Positions 17,689-26,318 of a stretch of 64,000 nt of DNA are shown here, one piece after another (within the stretch, counting starts at the first letter, position 1; each line of letters begins with the position of its first letter). The translations under genes were made by a program, and so were the position numbers. This DNA is from Chloroflexota bacterium. GTDB lineage: Bacteria > Chloroflexota > Dehalococcoidia > Lucifugimonadales > UBA3495. The notes beneath the pieces were generated by a model. It was given only the letters and a program-made list of their open reading frames with translations, had not been told where the DNA came from and made no database searches. The stretch is from contig JAPPLU010000073.1 in the NCBI GenBank assembly GCA_028874075.1, positions 16,973 to 80,972 on the forward strand. Reading direction: 5' to 3'.

Positions 17689-18072
17689 TTGGTTATTCTA
17701 TTGATTTGTTCAAGAATCGAGTGTGGGTTCGTAGGAAACCCGGTCCAGGCAACTGGCCGCAGGCGCGCCGGTACCGCCCTGCTGGGAGCATTGGTGGGGG
17801 GCTGCATGGCTCCTGCGGTCTGGATAGCGATGTTCGTCGTCGGCCTCGTGATTCTCCCGCTGGGATTATTGTCGCGCGATAGCTTCAACACGGCTTTCCT
17901 CTGGGTGATAGCCGGTTCTTTTCTCCTCATTCCCCTGGGCATCGTAATTGGCCTGTTAATGCTCTCACCCGAATGCCCCGCCTGCAGAAGTACGATGTAC
18001 GACTTGGACTCACCGGAAGGGCGCCGTGCCCTCGCCGAGCGTGAGCGGTACCATAATTCCAGGCCGCCCTAG
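17689..18072 (+). CDS. hypothetical membrane protein with a C-terminal CPAC motif
   Basis: 127-aa ORF with three predicted TM segments (TALLGALVGGCMAPAVWIAMFVVGLVILPLGLL, FLWVIAGSFLLIPLGIVIGLLML). The start codon is uncertain. Confidence 0.4.
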   Translation: MVILLICSRIECGFVGNPVQATGRRRAGTALLGALVGGCMAPAVWIAMFVVGLVILPLGLLSRDSFNTAFLWVIAGSFLLIPLGIVIGLLMLSPECPACRSTMYDLDSPEGRRALAERERYHNSRPP

Positions 18073-18340
18073 CTGGGAACAGTTTCTTTCCTCCTTTTGG
18101 CTCATGGCAAGTCAACAGCCCCACCGATTCATGTCACCCTGGGCGAAAGGACGTCACCCAAGGTCAAATTTAAGGGGGCCAACGTCTGATTACCTGCTCC
18201 TTGAGGCAGCGTTGGGTTTCCGAACCTAGTGATCTAGTGTACGATGCCACCATTCATAGACTTGAAGAGATGTTGATTGGCTGTAGCAGTATTTGGATGC
18301 ATCCGGGTATCTCTCCTCTTAAGAAAATCGTGAGGTTCAT

Positions 18341-19156
18341 ATGGTTCAAGAAGCGCAACTGTATAGAGGACTAGACAATATACCGTTAGACCAGATAGAT
18401 ATTCCTGAGTTAAATGTTAGGCGAAGGGAAGTAACCGCTGACCTTGAAGAATTAGCTGTCAGCATTGAAAAATATGGCCTCCAGCAACCCATAGTAGTCA
18501 TGCCAAAAGGAGACCGATTCAGCGTTGTAATTGGACAGCGGCGCTACCTGGCGTTTAGACACTTAGACAGGTCTCGCATTCCCGCACTAGTGCTCAACTC
18601 TACCTTAGATCCCTTGCGAGCCACATTGTTGTCGTTCAGCGAGAACATTCAGCGAAGAGATTTGTCTGCTCGAGACAAGGCTGCGACATGCTCTGCACTT
18701 ATGAACAGTTTAGGGTCTGTAAAGCAAGTCGCTGAAGAACTTGGGATTTCTCAACAAACTGTACGAAAATGGTTAGGATATGCAGGGGTGCCTGATTCTA
18801 TAAAGGAATACGTTACTAGGGGTGGTTTAACAGTTGACCAAGCACGTAGAATCTGGACATTTATTGAAGACGAAAGCACGGCGGTAGCGATCGCTCAAGA
18901 AATCGCCAAGGAACCGATTAAGGAAAACCGCGAAAGGATTCTTGACAGCGCAAAGGACCTTCCAGGCCGCTCGACAAGTGCGATTCTTAGGCTCGCAGCG
19001 GAGAGAAAAGAAATACGTCGCATCAACTTCGAACTCACTGACTCTGAAGCACGCGCCATGGACGAGGCCACACAGAATGCTAACGCTTCTGCAGACGATC
19101 TTGCGAAAACAGCCACTGTCGATTGGTTAGAGGAGAATAGGTACCTTCGGACATGA
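18341..19156 (+). CDS. ParB/sulfiredoxin-domain protein with a ParB-type HTH
   Basis: 271 aa. The N-domain reads LEELAVSIEKYGLQQPIVVMPKGDRFSVVIGQRRYLAFRHL (GxRRxxA box), followed by an HTH (VKQVAEELGISQQTVRKWL...GGLTVDQARRI). Composition is AT-rich. Confidence 0.75.
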   Translation: MVQEAQLYRGLDNIPLDQIDIPELNVRRREVTADLEELAVSIEKYGLQQPIVVMPKGDRFSVVIGQRRYLAFRHLDRSRIPALVLNSTLDPLRATLLSFSENIQRRDLSARDKAATCSALMNSLGSVKQVAEELGISQQTVRKWLGYAGVPDSIKEYVTRGGLTVDQARRIWTFIEDESTAVAIAQEIAKEPIKENRERILDSAKDLPGRSTSAILRLAAERKEIRRINFELTDSEARAMDEATQNANASADDLAKTATVDWLEENRYLRT

Positions 19157-19728
19157 CCGAGGAATTTGATAGGGCTAAGGCGTTACTTGTTTGTTTTCGC
19201 AACCTAAAGGGTGCTAAATCAAAGGAGTTACTATTAACCGCCAGGGCCCTACAGTATTTAAAGCAGTTGCCCGAATTTGGTTCAAACCAAAGCGTGGGAG
19301 AGGCGGTCGGCGTTAGTGGCGAAATCGTCAGGCAGTTTATAGGATTGCTTGAACTTCCCATGTCAACACGAGAACTGTTGGAAGCCGGCGTCTTGGGGTT
19401 GGAGCATGGCAGGCGGCTTGGTCAGATAGCTAGGTCACGGCCCGAGATAGTAGACCAAGCCGCAATGGCAATGACTAAGATGAAAACCATGGATGCTCGT
19501 GATTTAACAGAATATTTGGTTCGGAATCCTTCCTCGACTGTTGATGAAGGTATTCAAAGGCTTGAAGAAGCCAAACAGATCGTAAAGAACCAGTATCATG
19601 TTAGTGTTGTCCTGGACGAAGAAGCGTACGAGCTATTGACCTCTTATTCCCAAGAGCGCCAAATGCGACTTACAGACTTGGCAACGTCAATTATTATCGA
19701 CTGGTTGGGGAAAAATGAAGATAACTGA
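19153..19728 (+). CDS. ParB-HTH-only paralogue with a ribbon-helix-helix-like C-terminus
   Basis: 191 aa. SVGEAVGVSGEIVRQFIGLLELPMSTRELLEAGVLGLEHGRRLGQI follows the ParB central HTH pattern (..LRLL.LP......G.LS.GHAR.L). The C-terminal HVSVVLDEEAYELLTSYSQERQMRLTDLATSIIIDWL is RHH-like. The start overlaps the upstream stop (ATGA). Confidence 0.6.
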   Translation: MTEEFDRAKALLVCFRNLKGAKSKELLLTARALQYLKQLPEFGSNQSVGEAVGVSGEIVRQFIGLLELPMSTRELLEAGVLGLEHGRRLGQIARSRPEIVDQAAMAMTKMKTMDARDLTEYLVRNPSSTVDEGIQRLEEAKQIVKNQYHVSVVLDEEAYELLTSYSQERQMRLTDLATSIIIDWLGKNEDN

Positions 19729-20110
19729 CTTTAACGAACTATCTGAGGAACGTGACGCAGACTTTGTTACAGGTTTGTACCTGAAGTTTAGGGATTTGCG
19801 TCGTGAATGCCGTGACTGGATAGTTACGGAGATTAAAGAGCAAAAGCTAGAATTAGACCGACGCCTACCTAGTTCAGGCGGTCTAAATAAGGTCCAACTG
19901 GAAAAGCTTTATGAACAAGTTCAGGACCTCGACAAAGGGAAGCATGGCATAGCCACAGAGGAAGTCACTCAGGTCATGGAAAATGCTGAGAAAGGTATCT
20001 GGGCCAGTGTAGACGAGCCTGCTTTTTCAATGCTCCAAGAATTCGAGGACCTGCTAAAGATAGTAAAGAAACTAGCGGATATGAGGCAATTAATGGAATC
20101 TATCTCTTGA
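19715..20110 (+). CDS. hypothetical charged helical (coiled-coil-like) protein
   Basis: 131-aa ORF overlapping the upstream gene by 14 nt, which suggests translational coupling. I recognise no family motif. Confidence 0.5.
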   Translation: MKITDFNELSEERDADFVTGLYLKFRDLRRECRDWIVTEIKEQKLELDRRLPSSGGLNKVQLEKLYEQVQDLDKGKHGIATEEVTQVMENAEKGIWASVDEPAFSMLQEFEDLLKIVKKLADMRQLMESIS

Positions 20111-20125
20111 CATCACGGGCGTACG

Positions 20126-20878
20126 TCACGTCATGCAGTAACCTCCACACACCATTCCTTCAGGAATTTGAGGTGCATTGTTTCCTAAGGTGAGACGGTC
20201 ACGATACTCCCGAAGAGTTACACGGTCTCTCTCGCGGAATACTTGGTCTGTAAGTCTTTGGTTAGGGAAGTGCTTTGAATTTTCCTCCAAGGCTATCGCC
20301 TTTTCGAAGAGATTTGGATGATTAGTCAGCAGTTGCAGCCAACGCTCGGTAGAATTAAAGGGGCAAAAGTAACACCCACTTTTTTCGGGCACAGGTAAAC
20401 CAGCCCTCCCTATTACGTCTATGCAATCATCCCTGGTCATGCGCTTTTCTATTAGCGGATAAATGTTAGTGATATATTCCTCTCGGCTGTCTTTCATGCG
20501 GTGAACTTCATCGTAAGCGATCCCTATGTATTGATTGATGTGTTCACCCAACAGCGAGTAGTACTTGTGGATAGGGTTCACCTTGAAATCTCGAGTACAC
20601 CAACGCCATTGTACCGAAGGAATGACCCTTCTCCGGGAAGCAGTTCCGTAGAGGTCGGTTTTCCGGGGTCTTGCTTTGACAATGGTAAAAGGTACGTTCT
20701 TGTTTTCCAAATATTTCTTAGCGATCTCTAGGGAATCGTAAGTAGCAGGTGTTTCACCACCAGTGTCGGCAAAAACTACGCCGTCAAGCGGCTCGCCTTC
20801 CTCCACTAGCAACACCATTAGAGCAACTGTATTCACACCAGCACCAAAACTCAGGATATGAGCCATACTCCCTGCCAC
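20126..20878 (-). CDS. PAPS-reductase-like PP-loop ATP-pyrophosphatase family protein (phage/DndC-like type)
   Basis: 250 aa. It has a P-loop variant (ILSFGAGVNTVAL), RWCTRDFKVNPI, and cysteine pairs SGCYFCPF and MVCGGYCMT. It converges on the three ParB-island genes with a 15-nt gap. Confidence 0.7.
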   Translation of the reverse strand: MAGSMAHILSFGAGVNTVALMVLLVEEGEPLDGVVFADTGGETPATYDSLEIAKKYLENKNVPFTIVKARPRKTDLYGTASRRRVIPSVQWRWCTRDFKVNPIHKYYSLLGEHINQYIGIAYDEVHRMKDSREEYITNIYPLIEKRMTRDDCIDVIGRAGLPVPEKSGCYFCPFNSTERWLQLLTNHPNLFEKAIALEENSKHFPNQRLTDQVFRERDRVTLREYRDRLTLGNNAPQIPEGMVCGGYCMT

Positions 20879-21042
20879 CCCTTCCCAAACCCCGCGACCA
20901 TCTATGGATTAAGGTGTTCCCTGCAACACTTACCTTGTTCCAAAGTCAAGGGTAGAACATTTAGCTGACAGATTCCTAACTGCTACGTTGCGGATTTACC
21001 CGAGATTGCTTGCCTAGTTGGAACCTTTATGCATTCACTCAA

Positions 21043-21072
21043 TTGACACCACCCCACCCAATCCCCGATAAT
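21043..21072 (+). promoter_or_regulatory. sigma70-type promoter of the DUF1800-DUF1501-NHL operon
   Basis: TTGACA (21043-21048), an 18-nt spacer, then GATAAT (21067-21072). A 9-bp inverted repeat ATAATCATT/AATGATTAT follows at 21083-21110. Confidence 0.5.
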
Positions 21073-21131
21073 CCCCCCAACTATAATCATTCGCAGACAA
21101 CAATGATTATTGAAGAAACCAACAAGGAGGA

Positions 21132-22529
21132 TTGGCTATGGCGAACCAGGATATAGCCCTGATGGCTCACCTTATGCGCCGCGCCGGTTTTGGCGCTACC
21201 CGCGAAGAGCTGGAAGCCCTCTGCGAGAAGGGCTACGAGAACGTGGTGGAAGAACTGCTCAACCCCACCGAAGAGCCCCTGGACCGCTTTGAAATGATGC
21301 GCTACCAGCCCTGGACCTGGCGGCCCGGCACCCTGCCCGGCATGGGCGCCGCCGAATGGCTCTGGTGGATGCTCAACACCCGCCGGCCCCTCGAAGAGAA
21401 GATGACCCTCTTCTGGCACCACATCTTCGCCACCGGCGTTTCCAAGGTCGACCACTACGACGAAATCCAGAACATGATCACCATGTTCCGCGAAAAGGGC
21501 ATGGGCAATTACCGGGAACTGCTGGTGGAAATTGCCAGGAACCCGGCCATGATCTACTGGCTGGACAACAACGAAAACCACGCCGATGCCGTCAACGAGA
21601 ACTGGGGCCGCGAGCTCCTGGAACTCTTCAGCATGGGCGTCGGCAACTACACCGAGGTTGACGTCCGCGAGTGCTCCCGCGCCTTCACCGGCTGGACCTT
21701 CGAGGCCAAGCTGCCCCGCGGTCCCCTGGGCCGCCACGACTGGCATTTCGAGTACCGCCCCGAGGACCACGACAACGGTGAGAAGACCTTCCTGGGCGAG
21801 ACCGGCAACTTCAACGGTGAGGACATCATCGACATCGTCTGCCAGCATCCCGCCACCGCCGGCTTCGTCGCCCGCCACCTGTACAACTTCTTCGTGGCCG
21901 ATGAGGCCCAGGTACCGGCCTGGCAGGTTACTCCCCCGGTGGACGAGGACGCCATCGACGCCCTGACCGATGCCTTCATCGATTCCGGCTACGACATGAA
22001 GGAGACGCTGCGAGTCCTGTTCAACTCCGATTTCTTCAAGAACGCCCGCTTCGCCAAGCTCAAGAGCCCGGCCGAGGTTGTGGTGGGTACCCTGAAGCTG
22101 GTGGGCGGCGCCGAGTTCCCGGCCCCCGGCATTGGCGACCTTTCCCGCCAGCCCAACTACATGGGCCAGGACCTGCTCAATCCCCCCAGCGTGGAGGGCT
22201 GGCACACCGGCGCCGAGTGGATTAACAGCGGTTCCCTGATGCGCCGCATTAACTTCACCGCCGACATGGTGGGCGACGTTTCCCGCCCCGGCGTCCAGTC
22301 CATCGTCAGCCGCCTGCGCAGCCAGGGCGACGTCGGCCCCGAACAGTTCGTTGACACCTGCCTCGACCTCATGGGTCCCCTGGATGTCAGCGCCGATACC
22401 CGCCAGGAACTGCTGGACCACGCCGTCCCCGGCGGCAGCCTGACCTGGAGCAATGAGGCCGCCGCCACCGAGCGCGTCTCCGAACTGCTGCAGCTCATCG
22501 TCTCCCTGCGGGACTACCAGTACGCTTAA
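21132..22529 (+). CDS. DUF1800 domain-containing protein
   Basis: 465 aa. The N-terminal LMAHLMRRAGFGATREELE and the overall architecture match DUF1800. It is followed by its usual DUF1501 partner. Confidence 0.8.
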   Translation: MAMANQDIALMAHLMRRAGFGATREELEALCEKGYENVVEELLNPTEEPLDRFEMMRYQPWTWRPGTLPGMGAAEWLWWMLNTRRPLEEKMTLFWHHIFATGVSKVDHYDEIQNMITMFREKGMGNYRELLVEIARNPAMIYWLDNNENHADAVNENWGRELLELFSMGVGNYTEVDVRECSRAFTGWTFEAKLPRGPLGRHDWHFEYRPEDHDNGEKTFLGETGNFNGEDIIDIVCQHPATAGFVARHLYNFFVADEAQVPAWQVTPPVDEDAIDALTDAFIDSGYDMKETLRVLFNSDFFKNARFAKLKSPAEVVVGTLKLVGGAEFPAPGIGDLSRQPNYMGQDLLNPPSVEGWHTGAEWINSGSLMRRINFTADMVGDVSRPGVQSIVSRLRSQGDVGPEQFVDTCLDLMGPLDVSADTRQELLDHAVPGGSLTWSNEAAATERVSELLQLIVSLRDYQYA

Positions 22530-22617
22530 CAACCCGATTTCCGCTGGGGCAACCGGTCCTGACAGTTGCCTCAGCGCAAGTCACTGACAATCCAGAATTT
22601 TCCAGGAGGAAAAGGCA

Positions 22618-23745
22618 ATGGCTTCTACCAAGAAAGATCCCGTGCTGGTCGTACTGCAGCTTACCGGCGGCAATGACTACCTGAACACGGTGATTCCCTT
22701 TACCGACCCCCTCTACCGCGACAACCGCCCGGCGGTGGGCGTGGCCGATGAGCGCATCCTGAAGCTCAACGACAAGGTTGGCCTGCACCCCACCATGGGA
22801 CCTATGAAGAACCTGTGGGACCAGGGCAACCTGGCCATCATCCACGGCGTGGGCTATGCCAACTCCCCCCGCTCCCATTTCCGCTCCATGGACATCTGGC
22901 ACACCTGTGAGCCGGACAAGCTGGGTACCGAGGGCTGGCTGGGCCGCGCCACCAAGGAAATCGACCCCAACAAGGAAAACGTGGTAACCACCGTCAGCTT
23001 CGGCCCCAGCCTGCCCCGCGCCCTGGCCTTGCCCGGTGTGCCCGTGGCCTGCGTGGACGACCTGGACAACTTCGGCCTGCTGACCGGTATCAGCGAGGCC
23101 GAGCAGCGGGATAAAATTCTTGACCGCTTCACCCGTCTCTACTCCCCCACCATCGGCACCGGCGCCGTAATGGACTACTTGGGCCAGACTGGCCTGGACT
23201 CCATGAAGGCTGCCGATATTCTTAACGTGGCCCCGGGCATGTACTCTTCCAGCATCGAGTACCCGGACACCACCATAGCCTCCAAGCTGAAGGGCATCTC
23301 CCAGGTGCACCAGGCCAACCTGGGCACCCGCATCTTCTACTGCGACCACGGCAGCTTCGACAGCCACTCCAACCAGGTCGGCATGCACGACAAGCTGTGG
23401 GTCGACGTCTCCCAGGCCGTGGAGAGCTTCTTCGACGACCTGCGCGAGAATGATGCCGCCGACAACGTCATCATGCTCATGTTCACCGAGTTCGGCCGCC
23501 GGGTTCACGACAACGGTTCCGGCACCGACCACGGCGCTGGTGGCGTGGCCTTCCTGGCCGGTGATGCCATCAAGGGCGGCGAGTACGGCGAATATCCGTC
23601 CCTGCGCCCCGAGCACCTGGAACAGGGCGACCTGGTCCCCCACACCGACTTCCGCAGCATCTACACCTCCATCGTGGAAGACTGGATGGGCATGGACGCC
23701 CAGCCACTGGTGGGCGGCGTTTTTGAGAAGCCGGCTTATTTCTAA
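22618..23745 (+). CDS. DUF1501 domain-containing protein (sulfatase-like fold)
   Basis: 375 aa with VVLQLTGGNDYLNTVIP, GSFDSHSNQ and GTDHGAGGVAFLAG motifs. Confidence 0.8.
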   Translation: MASTKKDPVLVVLQLTGGNDYLNTVIPFTDPLYRDNRPAVGVADERILKLNDKVGLHPTMGPMKNLWDQGNLAIIHGVGYANSPRSHFRSMDIWHTCEPDKLGTEGWLGRATKEIDPNKENVVTTVSFGPSLPRALALPGVPVACVDDLDNFGLLTGISEAEQRDKILDRFTRLYSPTIGTGAVMDYLGQTGLDSMKAADILNVAPGMYSSSIEYPDTTIASKLKGISQVHQANLGTRIFYCDHGSFDSHSNQVGMHDKLWVDVSQAVESFFDDLRENDAADNVIMLMFTEFGRRVHDNGSGTDHGAGGVAFLAGDAIKGGEYGEYPSLRPEHLEQGDLVPHTDFRSIYTSIVEDWMGMDAQPLVGGVFEKPAYF

Positions 23746-23780
23746 ATATGGACGCCATGCGTCTTTAGGGAGAGTGCACA

Positions 23781-24851
23781 ATGCTAACGCAAGTAGCAGC
23801 CGGGCGCACTTACGACTATAGCCACTCCGTGGGCCGCGGCGCCCAGTCGGGCATGGGCTTCAGCCAGCCCGTGGCCGCCGCCCAGGGTCCCAATGGCGTG
23901 GTGTACGTCGTTAACCGCGGCAGCGAGGGGATCAGCAATGTCTCCTGGAACCGCATCGGCTACGGCGCCCGCGTTTCACAGATTACCATCGGCCCCGAGT
24001 GGGGCCAGGAAGAATTCCTTGGCGAGTTCTCCAAGTACGGCGACGGCAACGGGGAGTTCATTTGGGGTTCCGGTGTTGCCGTGGACAGCCAGGGGCGGGT
24101 CTACGTGTCCGACGAATGGCTGAACCAGATCAACGTCTATGATGCCGAGGGTAACTTCCTCAACCGCTGGAGCGCGCTCGAATCGGACGACGGCGGCGAA
24201 CACGGCACCGCCAATATCGCTATCGACGCCGACGACAACATCTACGTAACCGACGGTCGCAGTCATGAGGTCCGCAAGTTCGCCAGCGATGGCAAGTTCA
24301 TCGCCTCATGGGGCGGTCGCGGCTCCGACAACGGCCAGTTCAACGCCCCCTGGGGCATCACCATCGATCAGGCCGGCAATGTCTACGTGGCCGACCACCG
24401 CAACCACCGGGTGCAGAAGTTCACCGCCGATGGCAAATGGCTTGCCTCCATCGGAAGCCCCGGCGCCGGCCGCGGCCAGCTTCACCTGCCCACTGCCGTA
24501 GCCGTGGACCCCCAGGGTGACGTATACGTCGCCGACTGGAGCGACAACGGCCAGCACCCCGGGCGGGTCCACATCTTCGACGCCGAGGGCGACTACATCA
24601 TCACCCTGATCGGCGATGCCATGGAGCTTTCCTCGTGGGCCAAGCTGACGGTGGACGCCAACGCCGACTACCTGAAGCGCCGACGGGAAGTCAACCTGCA
24701 GAACATGGAGTCCGAGTGGAGGTTCGCCCTGCCCACCGGCCTGATGTACGATGCAGCTAACAACCGCCTGCTGGTAGTGGACAGCCAGCGCAGCCGCTTC
24801 CAGATATACAACAAGGTCAGTGGCTACATGGTTCCTCAAATGAATCTGTAA
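23781..24851 (+). CDS. NHL-repeat six-bladed beta-propeller protein
   Basis: 356 aa with repeats of the type GQFNAPWGITIDQAGNVYVADHRNHRVQKF. Confidence 0.8.
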   Translation: MLTQVAAGRTYDYSHSVGRGAQSGMGFSQPVAAAQGPNGVVYVVNRGSEGISNVSWNRIGYGARVSQITIGPEWGQEEFLGEFSKYGDGNGEFIWGSGVAVDSQGRVYVSDEWLNQINVYDAEGNFLNRWSALESDDGGEHGTANIAIDADDNIYVTDGRSHEVRKFASDGKFIASWGGRGSDNGQFNAPWGITIDQAGNVYVADHRNHRVQKFTADGKWLASIGSPGAGRGQLHLPTAVAVDPQGDVYVADWSDNGQHPGRVHIFDAEGDYIITLIGDAMELSSWAKLTVDANADYLKRRREVNLQNMESEWRFALPTGLMYDAANNRLLVVDSQRSRFQIYNKVSGYMVPQMNL

Positions 24852-24896
24852 TTCGGTGGCCCGATTCCCGCCAGCGGGAACTCTGGAGAACAATCA

Positions 24897-24926
24897 GGGG
24901 CGGGTTTTCAATCCGCCCCTTCTCTA
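24897..24926 (+). terminator. putative rho-independent terminator after the NHL gene
   Basis: Stem GGGGCGG (24897-24903) / CCGCCCC (24913-24919), a 9-nt loop, and a TTCTCT tail. Confidence 0.45.
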
Positions 24927-25052
24927 TGGCCGAATAGTTTGCGGCAGCCTGTTATTCATTGCGGCGGGCAGGGTAGAATGACTTACCCTGCACGTGGGCC
25001 AGCGCCGTCAGCCAGCCATTGTCAGGCGACAGAAGGAAAGGGACAAAGATAG

Positions 25053-25376
25053 ATGGACAGGGAGCGGGAAGAATACTACATCGACTTTGCGGCTGAGAAC
25101 CCGGAACTGCTCTGTTCCGAGGCCCCCGATGAAATATTGGAAGCCTGTGCCGCCGAGGCGGAGCCTACCGCCTTCATGGAGGAATTCCTGGGCACGGGCC
25201 ACTCCCAGTGGATTCTCATGACCTACGGTCGCCGTCTGCCCCAGGGAATTATCAATAACAACGTCCTGCAACTGTGGATTCGGGCCTGCCGCCTCCACAC
25301 CCGCAGGCTGATGGACGAACCCGACCCGGACTGGGGAAAGCCCTTCTTTTCTGTAGAAGACATGACTGTGGTGTAA
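25053..25376 (+). CDS. hypothetical protein
   Basis: 107-aa acidic ORF with no recognisable motif. Coding status is inferred only from its length and the absence of competing ORFs. Confidence 0.4.
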   Translation: MDREREEYYIDFAAENPELLCSEAPDEILEACAAEAEPTAFMEEFLGTGHSQWILMTYGRRLPQGIINNNVLQLWIRACRLHTRRLMDEPDPDWGKPFFSVEDMTVV

Positions 25377-25454
25377 AGTCTGCTGAGCGGTAACCTACCC
25401 TTCGTCGACCCCAAAAGCCGATTGCCAAAGACGAAACAATGCGTAGATCAGAGA

Positions 25455-25886
25455 CTACTTGCTGACTTTCTCAGTCTCACCAGGCGGCGGTTCGGAGAAT
25501 TCCCGGCCTTCCTGCAGCGCCTCCTCTCGACGCCGGTTCCAAGCTTGCCACTGCTTCTGTACTTCTTCCCGGCCTTCCTCCCTGCCCTCCTCCTTTCCCT
25601 TGGCATACCTCGACTTCAAGTATCTTTCTGCCAGCATTGAAACTCCCTCCACTAGGTAGAAGGTAAATATCATCAGCCACGGGGTCAGGCCCGACGCCTC
25701 CTTGAGCGCTGCCAGAACGGTATCCACCTCGTGAGCGCCGAAGGCGGCGGTCGCAATTCCCCGCCACTGGTATATTCCCGTTACCAGGGCAAACAGCACC
25801 GCAAAGGTAATGTAGTATCTGGTCAGTGAAAACTGCCGGACGCTCCAGATGCTCTCCCGCAGGTCATCATTGGTACTTCGCAACAA
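25455..25886 (-). CDS. hypothetical membrane protein with a charged coiled-coil tail
   Basis: 143-aa ORF with a TTG start. It has two TM segments (YYITFAVLFALVTGIY, TPWLMIFTFYLVEGVSML) followed by a KGKEEGREEGREE tail. Confidence 0.45.
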   Translation of the reverse strand: MLRSTNDDLRESIWSVRQFSLTRYYITFAVLFALVTGIYQWRGIATAAFGAHEVDTVLAALKEASGLTPWLMIFTFYLVEGVSMLAERYLKSRYAKGKEEGREEGREEVQKQWQAWNRRREEALQEGREFSEPPPGETEKVSK

Positions 25887-26021
25887 CCGGGATGCCCCTC
25901 AATCTGCGGCTCAAGACTAACCTGGTCCGCCGCCGCCATATTGAGGGAATTCTACCCGGCACTGTTTGAATTCGTCCTGCCCTAACTGTCAGTAGTTATC
26001 CGAGGTATCCTCTAACCTCGT

Positions 26022-26246
26022 CTAGCCCCCCTGGCACCGCAGGCAAACGTACTCGGCCCGGTCCTCCGGCAGGGTATCTACAGGCACATTCCGCCGTCGC
26101 TGGCAGACCGAGCAGATTACCGACTCCAGCGCGGGTGGTGGCGGCGGCGGTGCTGCCACCGCGGTGTCGGCGCCCCTGAACCCCACGTAGTCGGGGTTCT
26201 GCTCCTTTATCCGCTGGTATCGTTCCCGGTCTTTGCGACGGCTCAT
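26022..26246 (-). CDS. hypothetical small zinc-ribbon-like protein
   Basis: 74-aa ORF with a basic N-terminus, a poly-Pro stretch, and two CxxC pairs (CSVCQ...CLRCQ). Confidence 0.45.
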   Translation of the reverse strand: MSRRKDRERYQRIKEQNPDYVGFRGADTAVAAPPPPPPALESVICSVCQRRRNVPVDTLPEDRAEYVCLRCQGG

Positions 26247-26318
26247 GGCATCCTCCCTTACGGCGGGCCGGGCCGAGTTAAATTGTGTGGGATGTAACCG
26301 GACTGTGAGTCTCTGAGA

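Noticed and set aside
21087-23781. Two very long minus-strand ORFs (21087..22532, 481 aa; 22495..23781, 428 aa) lie opposite the DUF1800 and DUF1501 genes.
   Set aside because: They are exact antisense shadows of genes with clear family motifs. Their translations are low-complexity and rich in Gly/Ala/Val/Asp/His, as expected from reading a GC3-rich gene backwards. They have no RBS and no recognisable motif.
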